Shown piece after piece: positions 31,777-32,000 of a stretch of DNA of 32,000 nucleotides; the first letter of the stretch is position 1, and the number at the start of each line of letters is the position of its first letter. The DNA lies in the NCBI GenBank assembly GCA_025349965.1, contig CP075337.1, positions 180,001 through 212,000 on the forward strand, read 5' to 3'. The DNA is from Candidatus Saccharimonadota bacterium. Its GTDB lineage: Bacteria > Patescibacteriota > Saccharimonadia > Saccharimonadales > Saccharimonadaceae. The position numbers were made by a program, and so were the translations under genes. The notes under the pieces are model-generated. The model made no database searches and was not told where the DNA came from. It saw nothing but the letters and a program-made list of their open reading frames with translations.

Positions 31777-32000
31777 GTGTAAGGCTCCTTTTCCAGGTTA
31801 TGTATCCGTAAACTGTATTTGCGAGGAAGAAAACGTATTGGAAGGCAACGAGTGGTAGTCCACTTGTCGCGTAGGTGTAAATGGCAAAGATGTTAACGAG
31901 TGCCCAAATAATCCATGTCTCCAGCTTTTTGTTATCAAGCAGGAATTGTGCCAAGATTGTTCCAACGAGAATGATGCCATCGGTCCAGGCCATCGCGCCA
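31703..32000 (-). CDS. pnuC: nicotinamide riboside transporter PnuC, C-terminal part (5' end lies outside the window)
   Basis: The frame stays open to the window edge. Hydrophobic segments ...LLDNKKLETWIIWALVNIFAIYTY...FFLANTVYGYITWKR match the PnuC C-terminal pattern. The 3' end overlaps nadR by 74 nt. Confidence 0.7.
   Translation of the reverse strand, partial: GAMAWTDGIILVGTILAQFLLDNKKLETWIIWALVNIFAIYTYATSGLPLVAFQYVFFLANTVYGYITWKRSLTHESLRTFDGDAANNRPLATAAVRE

Overview
This 32 kb window reads as a compact chromosomal segment with a backbone of about 45-50% G+C. Its source looks like a reduced-genome bacterium with a Gram-positive-type envelope. Gene content fits Candidatus Saccharibacteria (TM7), but that is an inference: five type IV pilin-like genes, an LPXTG protein, Rpf/G5 wall enzymes, and NAD salvage genes with no de novo NAD biosynthesis genes visible in this window.

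Genes in order:
- glyA 3' end.
- A minus-strand pilin block: three tightly packed minor-pilin-like genes, including a 689-aa pilin-adhesin fusion, plus a separately promoted major pilin.
- murB, then tRNA-Arg(TCG) and tRNA-Lys(CTT).
- A monocistronic fusion of a pilin N-terminus to a 7-blade RCC1 propeller.
- A DUF5684-like membrane protein, then folD.
- A REC-only response regulator, divergent from a methyltransferase-like gene abutting a GAF histidine kinase gene.
- A small membrane protein.
- An LPQTG surface protein with Cys-bracketed tandem repeats.
- A compositionally foreign high-GC two-gene island (about 14.23-16.6 kb) next to tRNA-Glu(TTC). One of its genes is bracketed by 29-31 bp inverted repeats.
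- pyk-pgk-tpiA, an acidic tail-anchored protein, and pcrA.
- Two DUF348/G5 wall-enzyme paralogs flanking rsmA, then metG.
- An NAD salvage cluster: nudix, pncB and pncA, then nadR and pnuC.

I saw no rRNA, CRISPR array, transposase or integrase.

The most unusual signals:
- The actinobacteria-like high-GC island and its inverted-repeat bracket.
- The two pilin::adhesin fusions.
- A recurrent extended -10 box (TGcTAnnnT) placed 3-9 nt (mostly 6-9) from start codons, which suggests leaderless mRNAs.

All functional calls come from motif recognition by eye. No database search was run.
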